Both the position numbers and the translations under genes were made by a program. Below the pieces are notes generated by a model. That model saw nothing but the letters and a program-made list of their open reading frames with translations, was not told the DNA's origin and ran no database searches. A stretch of DNA of 15,738 bases from positions 1 through 15,738 of the forward strand of contig JBOFUV010000124.1 in assembly GCA_051652765.1 (NCBI GenBank). The letters are read 5' to 3'. The stretch's first letter is position 1. Each line of letters starts with the position of its first letter. Below, piece after piece: positions 1 through 7,850 of the stretch. The DNA is from Microcoleaceae cyanobacterium. GTDB lineage: Bacteria; Cyanobacteriota; Cyanobacteriia; Cyanobacteriales; Microcoleaceae.

Positions 1-122
1 GGACATTCAGCATGGGTTTGGCTGGGACTAACATTCTAATTCTAGACTTTCCAAGAGACTGAAAGTATTTCCTGTTCGGCTCTGGTTTCTACCGGCTACC
101 GATCAAGCTCCCCACCTCCGGT

Positions 123-173
123 ATCCCCCTTTTTAGGGAGAACCAAGGGTTTTAAGGAGAACCAAAGGGGATC
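123..173. repeat. Composite repeat: 19-bp direct repeat x2 inside short inverted ends, resembling cyanobacterial small dispersed repeats
   Basis: TTTTAGGGAGAACCAAGGG (131-149) and TTTTAAGGAGAACCAAAGG (150-168), flanked by ATCCCC (123-128) and GGGGAT (167-172). Lies just downstream of the DUF1643 stop codon. Confidence 0.6.
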
Positions 174-184
174 GGCAGCCAATG

Positions 185-676
185 TTAAGGTTTAGGATGG
201 GGCCGGAGAATTGCCGTGGAGTTGAGATAAAGCGGATGACGAGGTTGGCCCATTTGAGTTACTCCCAAACAATAGGGTTGGAGGCTCTGGGGCATCAGCT
301 TTAGCACAGCTTGACTCCGATTCAGCCACAACCCTTGATTTCCCCAAGCAAGGATCAGTTGAGTCCTTTCAGTGAAGGCATGAAGAAGATAGGTATTATT
401 CTCAGGCCCCACGGGATCAATCGTCTGTTTTAACCCTTGGGGGCAGGAGACACAATAGGCAAACAAATTGACAATCGTTAGGGAACCATAACCCCAAGTT
501 TGGGCAAATTTGATGCAGCGCCGCAGGGTGGGATCGTTTCTCTGTTCGTCCGCTTGACTGGGATTGAGCATCACAAACGTGACTGGGGGGCGTTCCACAT
601 CCCAGCCTCGCCAGAGCAAATAGCGATACTGTCTGGTGGGGTCAAACGTTGCGCTGGATTGCAAGACAGCAAACAT
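185..676 (-). CDS. DUF1643 domain-containing protein
   Basis: 163-aa ORF with the family motifs YRYLLWRGW, FVMLNPS, DPTLRRC, VNLFAY, LAWG and PRHPLY. Confidence 0.88.
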   Translation of the reverse strand: MFAVLQSSATFDPTRQYRYLLWRGWDVERPPVTFVMLNPSQADEQRNDPTLRRCIKFAQTWGYGSLTIVNLFAYCVSCPQGLKQTIDPVGPENNTYLLHAFTERTQLILAWGNQGLWLNRSQAVLKLMPQSLQPYCLGVTQMGQPRHPLYLNSTAILRPHPKP

Positions 677-699
677 AAAGACAGAAAACCTTAAGAATC

Positions 700-744
700 C
701 TAGGACAAGTTACTAGGGACAAGCTGCTAGGGACAAGTTGCTAG
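700..744. repeat. Tandem repeat, 14-bp unit x ~3.3
   Basis: CTAG-GACAAGTTA / CTAGGGACAAGCTG / CTAGGGACAAGTTG / CTAG. Confidence 0.9.
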
Positions 745-776
745 CTTGTGTGCAAGATACGCTAAGACCCGATCCC

Positions 777-807
777 AAAAAAATAGGGTAAGCAGCGCTT
801 ACCCTAT
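777..807 (-). terminator. Rho-independent terminator of the NRPI-repeat gene
   Basis: Perfect stem TAGGGTAAGC (784-793) / GCTTACCCTA (797-806) with a 3-nt loop. The A7 at 777-783 reads as U7 on the minus strand, about 65 nt after the stop at 873. Confidence 0.85.
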
Positions 808-872
808 CTTCTGAACATCTGACAAAAACCGTTAAGCTAAACCCTTGGGCCAAACCTAAGACTCAGTCAAAT

Positions 873-1361
873 TTAGTCCAAATAGCCCATTAAAAGAAAC
901 GGGTCATCAATTTCATTTGAAGCAACCGGACGATTCATTAACATCCCTGTAACGTGAAGATCAATTGCTGCAATGGGACGATTGGCCATAGAACCTACAC
1001 TGTCTTCCGAGTCAACTAAGACTACAGAAGAAACACTACTGGCTCTCATAATCGGCCGGTGGCCCCCCATTAATGTCCCCACAATTTCTAGGTGACTTTC
1101 TCCAATGGGACGATTGGGCATGATCATCGCTGTACGTACCTGAATCTGAGTGGATGCAGATTGTGCAACCTTTTCCGCCCTTGCAGATCCAGGAGCAACT
1201 TCTAAATTAACGGGCTTCAGGATCTCTGCTCCTTGGCCATTGTCAATATCTTCAACTTTATTCATAGTACTATCATCCTGCTGATCAATAAACTTCTGTA
1301 CTGTTCGACGAGTCCGTCTGCTGGAAGTCGTTCTCCTCTGTGGGGAAGAGCTAGCAGCCAT
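873..1361 (-). CDS. Uncharacterised cyanobacterial protein: low-complexity N-terminus, four [NH]RP[IV] repeats, C-terminal LMGYLD
   Basis: ORF with ATG at 1361 preceded by AAGG (the track uses TTG at 1367). It has its own terminator and internal repeats NRPI, HRPI, NRPI, NRPV. Confidence 0.8.
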   Translation of the reverse strand: MAASSSPQRRTTSSRRTRRTVQKFIDQQDDSTMNKVEDIDNGQGAEILKPVNLEVAPGSARAEKVAQSASTQIQVRTAMIMPNRPIGESHLEIVGTLMGGHRPIMRASSVSSVVLVDSEDSVGSMANRPIAAIDLHVTGMLMNRPVASNEIDDPFLLMGYLD

Positions 1362-1399
1362 ATTCAATACCTTGCTGAGTTAACGGGGAAACCTGAATC

Positions 1400-1422
1400 T
1401 TGAGGCTGCGGTCAAGCCTCAA
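1400..1422. other. Perfect 8-bp inverted repeat (hairpin or operator) upstream of the NRPI-repeat gene
   Basis: TTGAGGCT-N7-AGCCTCAA. Confidence 0.55.
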
Positions 1423-1449
1423 AACCTTTTTCAAAGTTCTAAAGCAACC

Positions 1450-1538
1450 TTTAAAAACACCTAGTTTAAAAACATTTAGTTCTAAAACATTTAGTTTTAA
1501 AACACTTAGTTCAAAAACGTCTAGTTCAAAATACTCAG
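1450..1538. repeat. Tandem repeat, 15-bp AT-rich unit x ~6
   Basis: TTTAAAAACACCTAG, TTTAAAAACATTTAG, TTCTAAAACATTTAG, TTTTAAAACACTTAG, TTCAAAAACGTCTAG, TTCAAAATACTCAG. Confidence 0.92.
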
Positions 1539-1747
1539 CTCATTCCCTCAAAGATCAAGAGAAATAATTTTCTACGACTGATCCTAAATAAATTATAAAA
1601 TGTACTTGTCTTTAAGTAAATAGGAAATAAAGAAAGATATCTTTTTGCAAAGATAAGCAAAGGATATTGAGTTTTTGGCAAAAGATGAACAATGCCGGGA
1701 ATATAGGTGGGTTCATCCCGGATGTCATCATCAATCCAAATTAGAGA

Positions 1748-1756
1748 TGTTACTAT
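1748..1756 (+). promoter_or_regulatory. Candidate extended -10 element for uvrB
   Basis: TGtTACTAT matches TGnTAnnnT and ends about 30 nt upstream of ATG 1788. Confidence 0.4.
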
Positions 1757-1787
1757 CAAGAGTTGAAGCTCTATGCAAGGGATAAAC

Positions 1788-3797
1788 ATGGCGCAATTTC
1801 ACCTGCAAGCCCCGTTTCAGCCCACGGGTGATCAGCCCAAGGCGATCGCTCAGCTCCTAGATAGCGTTCACTCTGGCAACCCATTCATCACCCTGTTGGG
1901 AGCAACGGGAACTGGGAAAACCTTTACGATTGCTTCAACAATTGCTAGGCTGGGTCGCCCCACTCTAGTTTTGGCCCACAATAAAACATTGGCCGCGCAA
2001 CTTTGCAATGAATTTCGGGAGTTTTTTCCCCATAATGCAGTCGAATATTTTATTAGTTACTACGATTACTATCAACCAGAAGCTTACATTCCGGTTACAG
2101 ATACCTATATTGAAAAAAGTGCGTCTATTAATGATGAAATTGATATGTTGCGCCACTCTGCAACTCGGTCTTTATTTGAACGGCGAGATGTGGTTGTAGT
2201 TGCGTCTATTAGCTGTATTTACGGTTTGGGAATCCCAGCAGAATATTTGAATGCTTCCATTCCTTTAAAAGTTGGAGAAGAAATTGACCAGCGTCAAATG
2301 TTGCGGGATTTAGCCTCAATTCAATACACTCGCAATGATGTCGAATTAACTCGAGGACGGTTTCGGGTCAAAGGCGATGTTTTAGAAATTGGCCCTGCCT
2401 ACGAAGATCGAGTGATTCGAGTAGAGTTTTTTGGCGATGAAATTGATGCAATCCGTTACCTTGATCCGGTGACCGGGGAAGTCATACAAAGTGTAGACGC
2501 ATTAAATGTCTATCCTGCCCGTCACTTTGTTACTCCGAAAGATCGGCTGGAAGTCGCTTGTGATGAAATTGAGCAGGAATTGGAACAGCGTTTAGAAGTA
2601 CTAGAACAGCAAGGGAAGCTATTAGAAGCACAGCGTTTAAAACAGCGGACTCGCTATGATTTGGAAATGCTGCGAGAAGTCGGCTATTGCAATGGAGTAG
2701 AAAACTATTCTCGCCATTTGGCTGGACGAAATCCTGGGGAATCTCCAGAATGTTTAATCGATTACTTTCCCAATGATTGGCTATTAGTCATTGATGAATC
2801 TCATGTGAGTGTGCCTCAAATTCGAGGCATGTATAATGGCGACCAATCCCGCAAACAAGTCCTGATTGAGCATGGCTTTCGTCTGCCCAGTGCAGCGGAT
2901 AATCGCCCCCTGAAAGCGGAAGAATTTTGGTCAAAAGCAAATCAGTGTATTTTTGTTTCAGCGACTCCCGGAGATTGGGAGTTAGAACAATCTCAAGGTC
3001 ACGTTGCTGAACAAGTTATTCGCCCGACTGGTGTGATTGATCCAGAAATTTTTGTGCGTCCTAGTGAAGGGCAAATTGATGATTTATTTGGAGAAATTCA
3101 GATAAGAATTGATCGGGATGAACGAACCTTAGTCACCACTCTAACCAAGCGAATGGCGGAAGACTTGACTGAATATCTGCAAGATCGGGGCATTCGGATT
3201 CGCTATTTACACTCTGAAATTCAATCCATTGAACGCATTGAAATTATCCAGGCCCTGAAGCAAGGAGAATTTGATGTATTGGTCGGGGTAAATCTTTTGC
3301 GGGAGGGGTTGGATTTGCCCCAAGTCTCCCTAGTCGCAATTTTAGATGCGGATAAAGAAGGATTTCTCCGGACAGAGCGATCGCTGATTCAGACTATTGG
3401 AAGAGCGGCTCGCCACATTCGAGGTCAGGCGGTTTTATACGCAGACAACTTAACGGATAGTATGAAAAAAGCAATCAGTGAAACAGAGCGACGACGAGCC
3501 ATTCAGTCAGCGTACAACCAAGAACATGGGATTACGCCAACCTCAATTCTCAAAAAGTCAAGCAACTCAATTCTAGAATTCCTGGATGTCTCCCGTCGCT
3601 TGAATGCCCAACAACTAGACGTAATTTGTGAAAATGTTGACGAAGTGCCTCTGGAAAACTTGCCAACCCTGATCCAGCAGCTAGAAACTCAAATGAAAGA
3701 AGCGGCAAAAAGCTTAGAATTTGAAGCAGCGGCAAAACTGCGCGATCGGATTAAATTATTGCGAGATAAACTGGTCGGGCGTTCAGGGAAATCGTAA
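1788..3797 (+). CDS. uvrB: Excinuclease ABC subunit B
   Basis: Motifs FQPTGDQP, Walker [18 protein letters not shown], beta-hairpin [30 protein letters not shown], and the C-terminal UVR domain [16 protein letters not shown] 1788 is preferred over 1773 because homology to UvrB begins there. Confidence 0.99.
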   Translation: MAQFHLQAPFQPTGDQPKAIAQLLDSVHSGNPFITLLGATGTGKTFTIASTIARLGRPTLVLAHNKTLAAQLCNEFREFFPHNAVEYFISYYDYYQPEAYIPVTDTYIEKSASINDEIDMLRHSATRSLFERRDVVVVASISCIYGLGIPAEYLNASIPLKVGEEIDQRQMLRDLASIQYTRNDVELTRGRFRVKGDVLEIGPAYEDRVIRVEFFGDEIDAIRYLDPVTGEVIQSVDALNVYPARHFVTPKDRLEVACDEIEQELEQRLEVLEQQGKLLEAQRLKQRTRYDLEMLREVGYCNGVENYSRHLAGRNPGESPECLIDYFPNDWLLVIDESHVSVPQIRGMYNGDQSRKQVLIEHGFRLPSAADNRPLKAEEFWSKANQCIFVSATPGDWELEQSQGHVAEQVIRPTGVIDPEIFVRPSEGQIDDLFGEIQIRIDRDERTLVTTLTKRMAEDLTEYLQDRGIRIRYLHSEIQSIERIEIIQALKQGEFDVLVGVNLLREGLDLPQVSLVAILDADKEGFLRTERSLIQTIGRAARHIRGQAVLYADNLTDSMKKAISETERRRAIQSAYNQEHGITPTSILKKSSNSILEFLDVSRRLNAQQLDVICENVDEVPLENLPTLIQQLETQMKEAAKSLEFEAAAKLRDRIKLLRDKLVGRSGKS

Positions 3798-3842
3798 GTT
3801 GGCAATGTTTAGGGTGAAGGGCTGAGGCGAAGATCCCTGCCC

Positions 3843-3871
3843 TTGAGGAAAGGCAAGGTTGCTGCTAGAAT
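3843..3871 (+). promoter_or_regulatory. Candidate sigma70-type promoter for the DUF2237 gene
   Basis: TTGAGG (3843-3848), 17-nt spacer, TAGAAT (3866-3871), with an extended TG at 3863-3864. Confidence 0.55.
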
Positions 3872-3959
3872 CGTTCAATGTTTCAGCGATCAGTCCAAAA
3901 GTTTCAGTTCGGCCTGTCGCGTTACCATGGTTGCAAACCTCTATGCTGTGATTTTGTCT

Positions 3960-4331
3960 ATGTCCACTGCAAAGAACGTCCTAGGAAGTGACCTAGAAGT
4001 CTGCTGTACTGATCCGATGACTGGATTTTATCGGGATGGCGTTTGCAATACGGGTGCTGGAGACTCAGGGGCGCATCTTGTTTGCGCCCAGGTGACCCAA
4101 GAATTTCTCGAATTTTCTAAAGCTCAAGGAAACAACTTGATCACCCCGAATCCAATGTTTAAATTTCCGGGACTGAAACCGGGCGATCGCTGGTGTTTGT
4201 GTGTGCTCCGATGGCAAGAAGCCTTAGAAGCAGGGGTTGCTCCTCCGGTAAGGTTGAACTCAACCCATGCTTTGGCTTTAGAATATCTCAATCTGACTGA
4301 TCTCAAGGCCCATGCCCTTAATGCTGATTAA
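3960..4331 (+). CDS. DUF2237 family protein
   Basis: Motifs NVLGxxLxxC, PMTGFYRDG, H-x-VCA, FPGLKPGDRWCLC and RWQEALEAGVAPPV. Homology starts at MSTAKNVLG (ATG 3960). Confidence 0.92.
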   Translation: MSTAKNVLGSDLEVCCTDPMTGFYRDGVCNTGAGDSGAHLVCAQVTQEFLEFSKAQGNNLITPNPMFKFPGLKPGDRWCLCVLRWQEALEAGVAPPVRLNSTHALALEYLNLTDLKAHALNAD

Positions 4332-4342
4332 AAAGGTGCTGA

Positions 4343-5665
4343 TTAGAAAGGCTTAGTAACACTCAGCTTTTCCTCTGGTTTTGACAGCACGAGATCAAGG
4401 GGTTGGCTGGGCTCAATCAGTTTTAGTTTTAATTCAGGGAGAGCGACGTATGAACCCTTAGGCGGCTGAACCTCAGCAACTTGTTTCTCTAACACCTGAG
4501 TTGAAGCTAGAATGTTGCCCAATCCTTTGATCAGGTTCCGTAAGCTGTCCCGAAATTGAGGATCTCCAGTCAAGTCATCGAGGTCAGTCGTAATCTTTTC
4601 AATATTCTGTAGGGTTGAACGGGCTGAATCTAAGGTCTGTTGCAACAAGATCAGGTTAGCTGGGTCATTCACGGTCTTGGACAAGTCCCGCAGATTTGCA
4701 GACGCTTCAGCGGCATTCGTCGAGACTGTTTCTAAGTTTTGAATCAGATTTCCTTGTTCAATTTGGCCAATGACGGGAGTCAGGCTAGTAATCGCAGTGT
4801 TGAGTTCCTGGGTGGTTTGGTTAATGTTGTTCAGGGTCGAGACAATGCCGTCCCGGTTGCTTTCAATCAAGGATTCAACTTGTTTGCCAATCTCTCCGGC
4901 TTGAGTTGCCACCTGATTCACTGACTTTGCAGAGTCTACGGCGACTTGAGTAATGCCATTGGTGGATTGTTGAAGGGCGTTGGACACTGAGGTGACTTCT
5001 GTGGAAAAAACGCCAATCCCTTGATCCAGAGAGCCACTTAAGCCGCTCAGTTCGGTTTTAGCAACATCGACCAACTCAGACATTTTGCCTGTGAGTTGGG
5101 TTGCTTCCTGAGCTGCCATGGCTGTGTTCTGGGCTGCCATGTTGATGTTTGCAAACAGCTTGGGATCAGTATAGAGGTCGCTAAATTCCTGCATAGAATT
5201 GAGCAGCCGGGTTAGGCTAATTCCTACTTGTCCCTGAAGTTCAGCGTTATCACAAATAATTGCTTGAGGACAAGAGGAACTGAGGGGGTCTGCCGCTAGT
5301 TCTGCTGCAGCAAGAGGTGTCTCGGGGGGCATGAGGTCGATAAACCCCTCGCTCAGGAGTCCCGTCTGATTAATTTGAATGCCGACCGTTCGGGGAATCA
5401 CTAAGTTTGGAGGACTGACCTCTACAAACACTTTAACGTTGTTAGTCTGAGGCTGGATTCCCACAACGCGACCGACATTGACTCCCCGATATCGAACGGG
5501 AGTCCCCATTTGTAACCCAGTCGCATCCGTAAATTCAATGCTGAACTGATAGCTCTGACTCCCAAAGTTCACGCCCTTGAGCCAGAGGGCCGCAACCCCA
5601 AAAAGACCCAGCGCTGCCAGGGCTAATAGTCCAACTGATCCTTCTCGCACTGCTCGCGATCGCAT
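4343..5665 (-). CDS. mlaD: MlaD/MCE family lipid transport protein (TGD2/Ycf22-like)
   Basis: N-terminal MRSRAVREGSVGL plus a TM helix, MCE motif GLQMGTPVRYRGVNVGRV, and a long helical C-terminal region (LQQTLDSARSTLQN...DLDDLTGDP). Confidence 0.9.
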   Translation of the reverse strand: MRSRAVREGSVGLLALAALGLFGVAALWLKGVNFGSQSYQFSIEFTDATGLQMGTPVRYRGVNVGRVVGIQPQTNNVKVFVEVSPPNLVIPRTVGIQINQTGLLSEGFIDLMPPETPLAAAELAADPLSSSCPQAIICDNAELQGQVGISLTRLLNSMQEFSDLYTDPKLFANINMAAQNTAMAAQEATQLTGKMSELVDVAKTELSGLSGSLDQGIGVFSTEVTSVSNALQQSTNGITQVAVDSAKSVNQVATQAGEIGKQVESLIESNRDGIVSTLNNINQTTQELNTAITSLTPVIGQIEQGNLIQNLETVSTNAAEASANLRDLSKTVNDPANLILLQQTLDSARSTLQNIEKITTDLDDLTGDPQFRDSLRNLIKGLGNILASTQVLEKQVAEVQPPKGSYVALPELKLKLIEPSQPLDLVLSKPEEKLSVTKPF

Positions 5666-5851
5666 TCTTAAGTCCCTGTGATGATGACCTAGCTACTCCA
5701 AACTCACCCTAAACCCGGATCAATTTCAATGAAATCGTTCTTTTTTCTATCATAGCGATCTAGATTTCAAGCTGATCTAAAATCCGTGTTAAATTCCCGA
5801 GATATTCTCGATGGTCTCAGGGGCCACAAAGCAGGTTCAACCGGTTTGCTA

Positions 5852-7090
5852 CTACAGTTCTTGATTTTTGTGGCGCAGGCTGAGCCACTTTGATTCACCT
5901 AGTTTGGCTGCTCTAGGCTGTTTTGATGTTGGCGGCTCTAACGGGGGCAACATCAAAACCTGGGCTGCACTTTCTTCGCGGGCCACCCGAATTAACAGTG
6001 CAGATAGGGCTAAACTCGCAATCATTGAACTCCCCCCATAGCTAAACAAGGGAAACGGCAGCCCAGTTGTGGGCATCGCTCCTGTAGCCACCGCAATATT
6101 CAACAAGGATTGCCCGACCATGACCCCCATTGACCCAATGGCGATTAGCTGATATTCGACTCGGCGGGCCTTCGCCGCGACTCGCAGGGCAACGGTAGCA
6201 TAGGTGGCCAACATCACTAGCAGAGAGATCCCACCGATAAAGCCAAATTCCTCAGCATAAACTGCAAAGATAAAGTCGCTATATTGAATCGGGAGATAAA
6301 ACAACTTTTGCTGTGACATTCCCAGTCCTGTCCCGGAAATCCCGCCAGAACCCACGGCCAACAAGCTCTGAACCAATTGATAGCCATCCCCTGAGGCATC
6401 AGCCCAAGGATTCAGGAAGGATAAAACTCGCTTGCGCTGATATTCCTGAAAGCTAATGCTCACCGTCGCCAACAATAGTCCACCAATAGCTGTACCGCCT
6501 AGGTAAGAAAAGGGTAATCCCGCCGCTAGGGCAATCAGCCACAAGGTTATTCCGCAGAGAGCCGTTGTACTCAAGTTGGGTTGCAGCAGAATCGTGGCCA
6601 AGATCAAGGCAAAAATTCCCAGCCAGGTAAATCTTGATGGCCAGCTCAGCCGATCCCATTGGGCAAAAAATCGAGCGCTTTGTAGGACTAAAAAAGGTTT
6701 TAATAATTCTGAAGGTTGAAGTGGAATAGGCCCTAGAGAAATCCAACGGGTGGCTCCATTAATCGTTGTTCCTAAGCCGGGAACCAATGTCAGGCAGAGC
6801 AACCCTAGGACAAAGAACAATCCCCAACGGGCGAGGCGCATCATCACTCGAAGGGGGGTACTGACAATCACATTAAATCCCACCATCCCGATGACCAACC
6901 AGATTAGTTGGCGTTTGATATAGTACAACCCATCTCCATGTTCAAGGGTCGCTTCGGGGTAGGAAGCTGAAAACAGAATGATCAAGCCAACAGAGACCCA
7001 AAAAAAAGTTAGCCACCGCAGTAGCCGAGCTTCAAAGCCCCATTCTTGAGCTGAAGGGTCGAAAAACAAGCTAAGTCGTCGTAGATCCAT
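5852..7090 (-). CDS. ftsW: SEDS family peptidoglycan glycosyltransferase, probably FtsW
   Basis: About 10 TM segments, with NGATRWI, LQPSELLK, LQPNLST, GYQLVQS, SDFIFAVYAEEFG and PTTGLPFPLFSYGGSS. The FtsW versus RodA choice rests on resemblance only. Confidence 0.85.
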   Translation of the reverse strand: MDLRRLSLFFDPSAQEWGFEARLLRWLTFFWVSVGLIILFSASYPEATLEHGDGLYYIKRQLIWLVIGMVGFNVIVSTPLRVMMRLARWGLFFVLGLLCLTLVPGLGTTINGATRWISLGPIPLQPSELLKPFLVLQSARFFAQWDRLSWPSRFTWLGIFALILATILLQPNLSTTALCGITLWLIALAAGLPFSYLGGTAIGGLLLATVSISFQEYQRKRVLSFLNPWADASGDGYQLVQSLLAVGSGGISGTGLGMSQQKLFYLPIQYSDFIFAVYAEEFGFIGGISLLVMLATYATVALRVAAKARRVEYQLIAIGSMGVMVGQSLLNIAVATGAMPTTGLPFPLFSYGGSSMIASLALSALLIRVAREESAAQVLMLPPLEPPTSKQPRAAKLGESKWLSLRHKNQEL

Positions 7091-7112
7091 AGAGGAAGTT
7101 TAACAGTTTGAA

Positions 7113-7130
7113 GTTAATAGTTAATAGTTA
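7113..7130. repeat. Heptamer (STRR-like) tandem repeat GTTAATA x2.5
   Basis: GTTAATA GTTAATA GTTA, just upstream of the ftsW start. Confidence 0.55.
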
Positions 7131-7190
7131 GAAATTGAAAATTAAAGCTTTGATCTGTAAATTTAGCGTTGAATCTTCTGGTTTAAAGTC

Positions 7191-7218
7191 TTGAAGGGTG
7201 AACTTTGAAGGGTGAACG
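7191..7218. repeat. 14-bp tandem duplication
   Basis: TTGAAGGGTGAACT / TTGAAGGGTGAACG. Confidence 0.8.
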
Positions 7219-7317
7219 AAGCCTACACCACAGACATCCCGTAAATTGCTCCTGATTGCCACATGAGCCAGCAGTTACAATGCAATAACAAATAGATTTA
7301 ACCTTGCAGGAGGCACT

Positions 7318-7782
7318 GTGTTCTCTAGCTTGACCCAAAGAGGTTCGCGCCAAGCCAGATTGTTGAAGTTGTTTTTCGCAATGGTTGGGACTACATGCGT
7401 AGCCTTCTAACTGAAGGCAAACCAGGAGAGCCAAACTTACCCACACCTGCTGTCCTTCGCAATATTTGAGTAGACCTTGGCCCAGTTTACGTTAAATTGA
7501 GTCAGCTTCTGAGCACGCGGCCCGATCTTTTGCCTGCCCCCTATATTGAGACCCTCTCAACTCTGCAAGCTCAACAACTCTGCAAGCTCAAGTTCTACTG
7601 GAAGTGATCCGATGTAGTTAGCCTTGAGAACGGCTTTGGATTTAAAGAATTTATCACTCCAATCTCCTCGTCAGCTAGAACAGTTTTTGGATCGGTTGAC
7701 CTCTGAGACCTTGAAGTGGAATATTACCCTGGAAGAGTTAGAGACCCTGCGTCGCAGCTTGGATGATTCTGCGAACCGACTT
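7318..7782 (+). pseudogene. Decayed ABC1/AarF/UbiB family atypical kinase
   Basis: AGGAGG (7308-7313) and GTG 7318 give MFSSLTQRGSRQA, then a frameshift near 7357. The next frame reads IVEVVFRNGWDYMRSLL...LPTPAVLRNI*VDLGPVYVKLSQLLSTRPDLLPAPYIETLSTLQ, the ABC1 signature LGPxxxKxGQxxSTRxD, with an in-frame TGA at 7467-7469. After a large internal deletion comes a C-terminal segment, LRTALDLKNLSLQSPRQ...LRRSLDDSANRL. Confidence 0.88.
7558..7591. repeat. Perfect 17-bp tandem duplication inside the pseudogene
   Basis: CAACTCTGCAAGCTCAA x2. Confidence 0.95.
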
Positions 7783-7850
7783 TGCGCTAGCATGGCTCTA
7801 GAACATTATTACTGAACTTTTTTTACTAAATTCTTTCCGAGTTACTTCCT

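Noticed and set aside
1..39. Possible 3' end of an upstream + strand gene (DIQHGFGWD* or GHSAWVWLGLTF*)
   Set aside because: Too short to choose a frame or assign a family.
1450..1538. CRISPR array or replication iterons
   Set aside because: Units are contiguous with no unique spacers, and there is no cas or rep gene in the window.
1590..1787. LexA box upstream of uvrB (also sought upstream of recN)
   Set aside because: Only a GTAC half-site at 1602 was found, with no match to the cyanobacterial RGTAC-N3-DGTWC consensus.
1535..1789. 84-aa minus-strand ORF
   Set aside because: Its composition reflects AT-rich promoter DNA, it overlaps the uvrB start region, and it has no recognisable motif.
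3843..3959. 39-aa N-terminal extension of DUF2237 from the TTG at 3843
   Set aside because: Family homology starts at 3960, and the extension coincides with a good promoter candidate.
7183..7446. 87-aa Cys-rich minus-strand ORF
   Set aside because: Largely antisense to the kinase pseudogene and its upstream region, so likely a shadow ORF.
7467..7469. TGA as selenocysteine/readthrough, or a programmed frameshift at ~7357
   Set aside because: The TGA falls at a normally hydrophobic (Leu-type) position, and the gene has further lesions including loss of the kinase core.
7624..7815. Independent 63-aa small protein
   Set aside because: It is the C-terminal remnant of the ABC1 kinase pseudogene.
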